Shown here: positions 61,724 to 64,000 of the stretch, in pieces
Position numbering within the stretch: position 1 is the stretch's first letter
How the letters are laid out: each line of letters starts with the position of its first letter
Position numbers and translations under genes: made by a program
Notes under the pieces: generated by a model
Told to the model about the DNA's origin: nothing
The model's input: the letters and a program-made list of their open reading frames with translations, nothing else
The model's database searches: none
NCBI GenBank assembly: GCA_041389425.1
Contig: JAWKRX010000003.1
Location: forward strand, 6,597 to 70,596
Source of the DNA: Myxococcota bacterium
GTDB lineage: Bacteria; Myxococcota_A; UBA9160; UBA4427
Direction: 5' to 3'
DNA length: 64,000 nt

Positions 61724-62698
61724 ATGAGTCGCTTTCCGTTCGGCATCCCCTTCGGCTGGTATCCGGTCGCCTGGAGCTTCGAGCTCGAGAAGGGCGCCGT
61801 TCTCCGGCGCCATTATTTCTCGCGCGAGCTCGTGCTGTTCCGGGGCGAGTCGGGCGAAGCCTTCGTCCTCGACGCCTACTGTCCCCATCTCGGAGCGCAT
61901 CTCGGCGTCGGCGGCCGCGTCGAGGGCGAGACGCTGCGCTGCCCGTTCCACGGCTGGCGATTCTCGGGCGCCGGCGAGTGCGTCGAGATCCCGTACGCGA
62001 AGCGCACGCCGGCGTCGGCCCGCGCCTTCGCCCATCCCGTTCGCGAAGCGGCCGGCTTCGTCTGGGCCTGGTACCACCCGCAGCACGCAGCACCCTCGTT
62101 CGAGCCGCCGGAAGTTCCCGAATGGCGGGCGGAGGACTGGACGCCGGACTGGACCCACTACGAATGGACGATCCGGACCCATCCCCAGGAGATCGCCGAG
62201 AACAGCGTCGACTGGCCGCATTTTCATCACATCCACCACATGGAGCCGCCGCCCGAGCGCGACGTGCGCTTCGAGGGCCACGAGATCCGCTGGCATGCGG
62301 CGACGACGAAGAACGTCTCGACGCTCGGCGGCGCCGCCGACGAGATCCGCGTCGTCGGGCGCAATCCGGGCCTGGGCTGCAGCTACGTACGCTATTCGGG
62401 GATGCTCGAGACGGTGATCGTCATGGGCATGACGCCCGTCGACGAAGAGCGCGTCCACATGCGCTTCGGGGTGATCGGAAAGAAGGCCGGGCGAAGCGAT
62501 GCCGAGATGGCGGGCTTCCAGAAAGCCTATGCCGACGACATGGCCCTCGCCGTGGAGCAGGATTTCCCGATCTGGGAGAACAAGGTCTACCGCGCCGCGC
62601 CCCGGCTCTGCGACGGCGACGGGCCCGTGCCCGAGTTCAGGCGCTGGGCGGCGCAGTTCTACGTCGCCGAGCCGCTCGCGGGAAGCCGGAGCCAGTAG
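61724..62698 (+). CDS. Rieske [2Fe-2S] non-heme-iron oxygenase (KshA / cholesterol-7-desaturase-like)
   Basis: CPHLGAHL...CPFHGW Rieske motif and mononuclear-iron motif ENSVDWPHFHHIHH. 324 aa. Confidence 0.9.
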   Translation: MSRFPFGIPFGWYPVAWSFELEKGAVLRRHYFSRELVLFRGESGEAFVLDAYCPHLGAHLGVGGRVEGETLRCPFHGWRFSGAGECVEIPYAKRTPASARAFAHPVREAAGFVWAWYHPQHAAPSFEPPEVPEWRAEDWTPDWTHYEWTIRTHPQEIAENSVDWPHFHHIHHMEPPPERDVRFEGHEIRWHAATTKNVSTLGGAADEIRVVGRNPGLGCSYVRYSGMLETVIVMGMTPVDEERVHMRFGVIGKKAGRSDAEMAGFQKAYADDMALAVEQDFPIWENKVYRAAPRLCDGDGPVPEFRRWAAQFYVAEPLAGSRSQ

Positions 62699-62706
62699 CC
62701 CCGACG

Positions 62707-63999
62707 TCAGTCAGTGATCGCCTGGTAGACGCCGTTCTTGAACTCGGGGATGATCGGGATTCCGCCGGGCGGCATCAGCTGGATCATCAGGATCGCGACG
62801 AGCTGCTCTTCGGGATCGACCCAGAAATAGGTCCCCGCGGCCCCGCCCCAGCCGTACTGGCCGACGGAGCCGAGCGTGCCGCCCGGAGCAAGCGCCTCGA
62901 CGATCGAGAATCCGAGGCCGAAGCCCTGGCCCGGGAACCAGCCGGTGAGCATCGGGACGTCGCGCTCCGATGCGGTGAGGTGGTTCGTCGTCATCAGCTC
63001 GATCGATTTGCGGGAGAGCAGGCGGACGCCGTCCAGCTCGCCCCCGCGGCGCAGCATCTCGCAGAAGCGCAGATAGTCGTCGATCGTCGAGACGAGGCCT
63101 CCGGCGCCGGAGGGAAACGCGGGCGGCTCGCGGTAGCGGCTCGTGCCCGGGGCATCGACGACGGTGAGATCGCCGTTCGGACCGGGGCCGTAGTTGGCCG
63201 CGAAGCGGTCCAGCTTCTCGGCGGGGACGAAGAAGGCCGTATCCGGCATGCCGAGGGGCTCGAAGATCTCCTGCCGCAGGAATTCCTCGAAGGGCTGGCC
63301 GGAGACGACGGCGACGAGATGGCCGAGCACGTCGGTCGAGACGCCGTAGAGGAATTTCGATCCGGGCGGATGGGCGAGGGGGATCCGGGCGAGGCGGGCG
63401 ATCCACTGCGCGGGCGGCAGCTTCGTCTGCGATCCACGCAGATCGGCCTCGAGATAGGCCTGCTCGATCGCCTTCGGGGTGAAGCCGGGCGATGCGCTCG
63501 CGAGGCCGGAGGTATGGGTGAGCAGATCGCGGATCGTCATCTCGCGCGGCGCGGCCACGACGTCGGAGAGCGGCGAGTCGGGCGTGCGCAGCACCGGCAT
63601 GCCCGCGAGCTCGGGGATGTGCTTCGAGATCGGATCGCCGAGCAGGAGCTGGCCGCGCTCGACGAGCATCATCACGGCGACGCTCGTGATCGGCTTCGTC
63701 ATCGAGTAGATCCGGTAGATCGTGTCGCGGGTCAGCGGTGCGCCGCGCTCGCGGTCGCGCTGGCCGGTCGCCGCGAAATGCACGACCTCCCCATGCCGCG
63801 CGACGAGGCTCGCGACGCCGGCGATCTCGCCGCGCTCGACGTGGGCGGCGAGGGTGCGCTCGAGCCGCCCGAAGCGTTCGAGCGAGGTTCCGGCGCCGGC
63901 GGTCTCGACGTCGGTGCCGTCGCCCTCGCGCACGTGCGAGGCGTGCAGGCAGCCGGAGGCGAGCGCGATCGCCGCCAGGGCGAGCAGCCGGGCCCTCAC
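62707..63999 (-). CDS. Serine hydrolase (beta-lactamase/esterase class C-related), lipoprotein
   Basis: S-x-x-K motif YSMTKP and lipobox LAAIALASGC. GTG start at 63999. Confidence 0.88.
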   Translation of the reverse strand: MRARLLALAAIALASGCLHASHVREGDGTDVETAGAGTSLERFGRLERTLAAHVERGEIAGVASLVARHGEVVHFAATGQRDRERGAPLTRDTIYRIYSMTKPITSVAVMMLVERGQLLLGDPISKHIPELAGMPVLRTPDSPLSDVVAAPREMTIRDLLTHTSGLASASPGFTPKAIEQAYLEADLRGSQTKLPPAQWIARLARIPLAHPPGSKFLYGVSTDVLGHLVAVVSGQPFEEFLRQEIFEPLGMPDTAFFVPAEKLDRFAANYGPGPNGDLTVVDAPGTSRYREPPAFPSGAGGLVSTIDDYLRFCEMLRRGGELDGVRLLSRKSIELMTTNHLTASERDVPMLTGWFPGQGFGLGFSIVEALAPGGTLGSVGQYGWGGAAGTYFWVDPEEQLVAILMIQLMPPGGIPIIPEFKNGVYQAITD

Positions 64000-64000
64000 G

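Overview
High-GC chromosomal segment (roughly two-thirds G+C by eye) from a diderm bacterium. Supporting signs are many lipoproteins, outer-membrane-barrel-like proteins and exosortase-type (PEP-CTERM) sorting signals. I can support about 60 protein genes and one tRNA-Asn. I saw no rRNA, CRISPR array, IS/transposase, integrase, prophage or recognisable defence system. All family names come from reading motifs in the supplied translations, since no database search was possible. Most very long ORFs in the track are antisense or out-of-frame artefacts of the high GC content; real genes were picked by motif content, third-position GC, Shine-Dalgarno sites and start/stop coupling.

Gene content:
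- Housekeeping genes: greA, purEK, ridA-like, a PPi-type phosphofructokinase, a fatty-acid beta-oxidation pair, and the RegB/RegA redox two-component system.
- An unusually dense set of lipid-modifying and oxygenase genes.

Main leads:
1. A gene at the 3' end of a furan/cyclopropane-fatty-acid-type operon has an in-frame TGA exactly where the first Cys of a peroxiredoxin-like CxxC motif should be. A perfect hairpin follows 18 nt downstream, so this is a candidate selenocysteine (UxxC) Prx-like/SDR fusion.
2. A TlpA-DUF4266-DUF3570-ApbE envelope module sits next to regBA. The DUF3570 barrel carries an ApbE-type flavinylation motif (DTWSGAT) and is fused to a second barrel through a His/Met-rich linker.
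3. A lipoprotein / glutaredoxin-MauE / lipoprotein-MsrA operon may be an envelope methionine-sulfoxide repair relay.
4. A 463-aa protein of unrecognised family carries a Cys4 cluster.

Several repeats and candidate regulatory sites are also listed.
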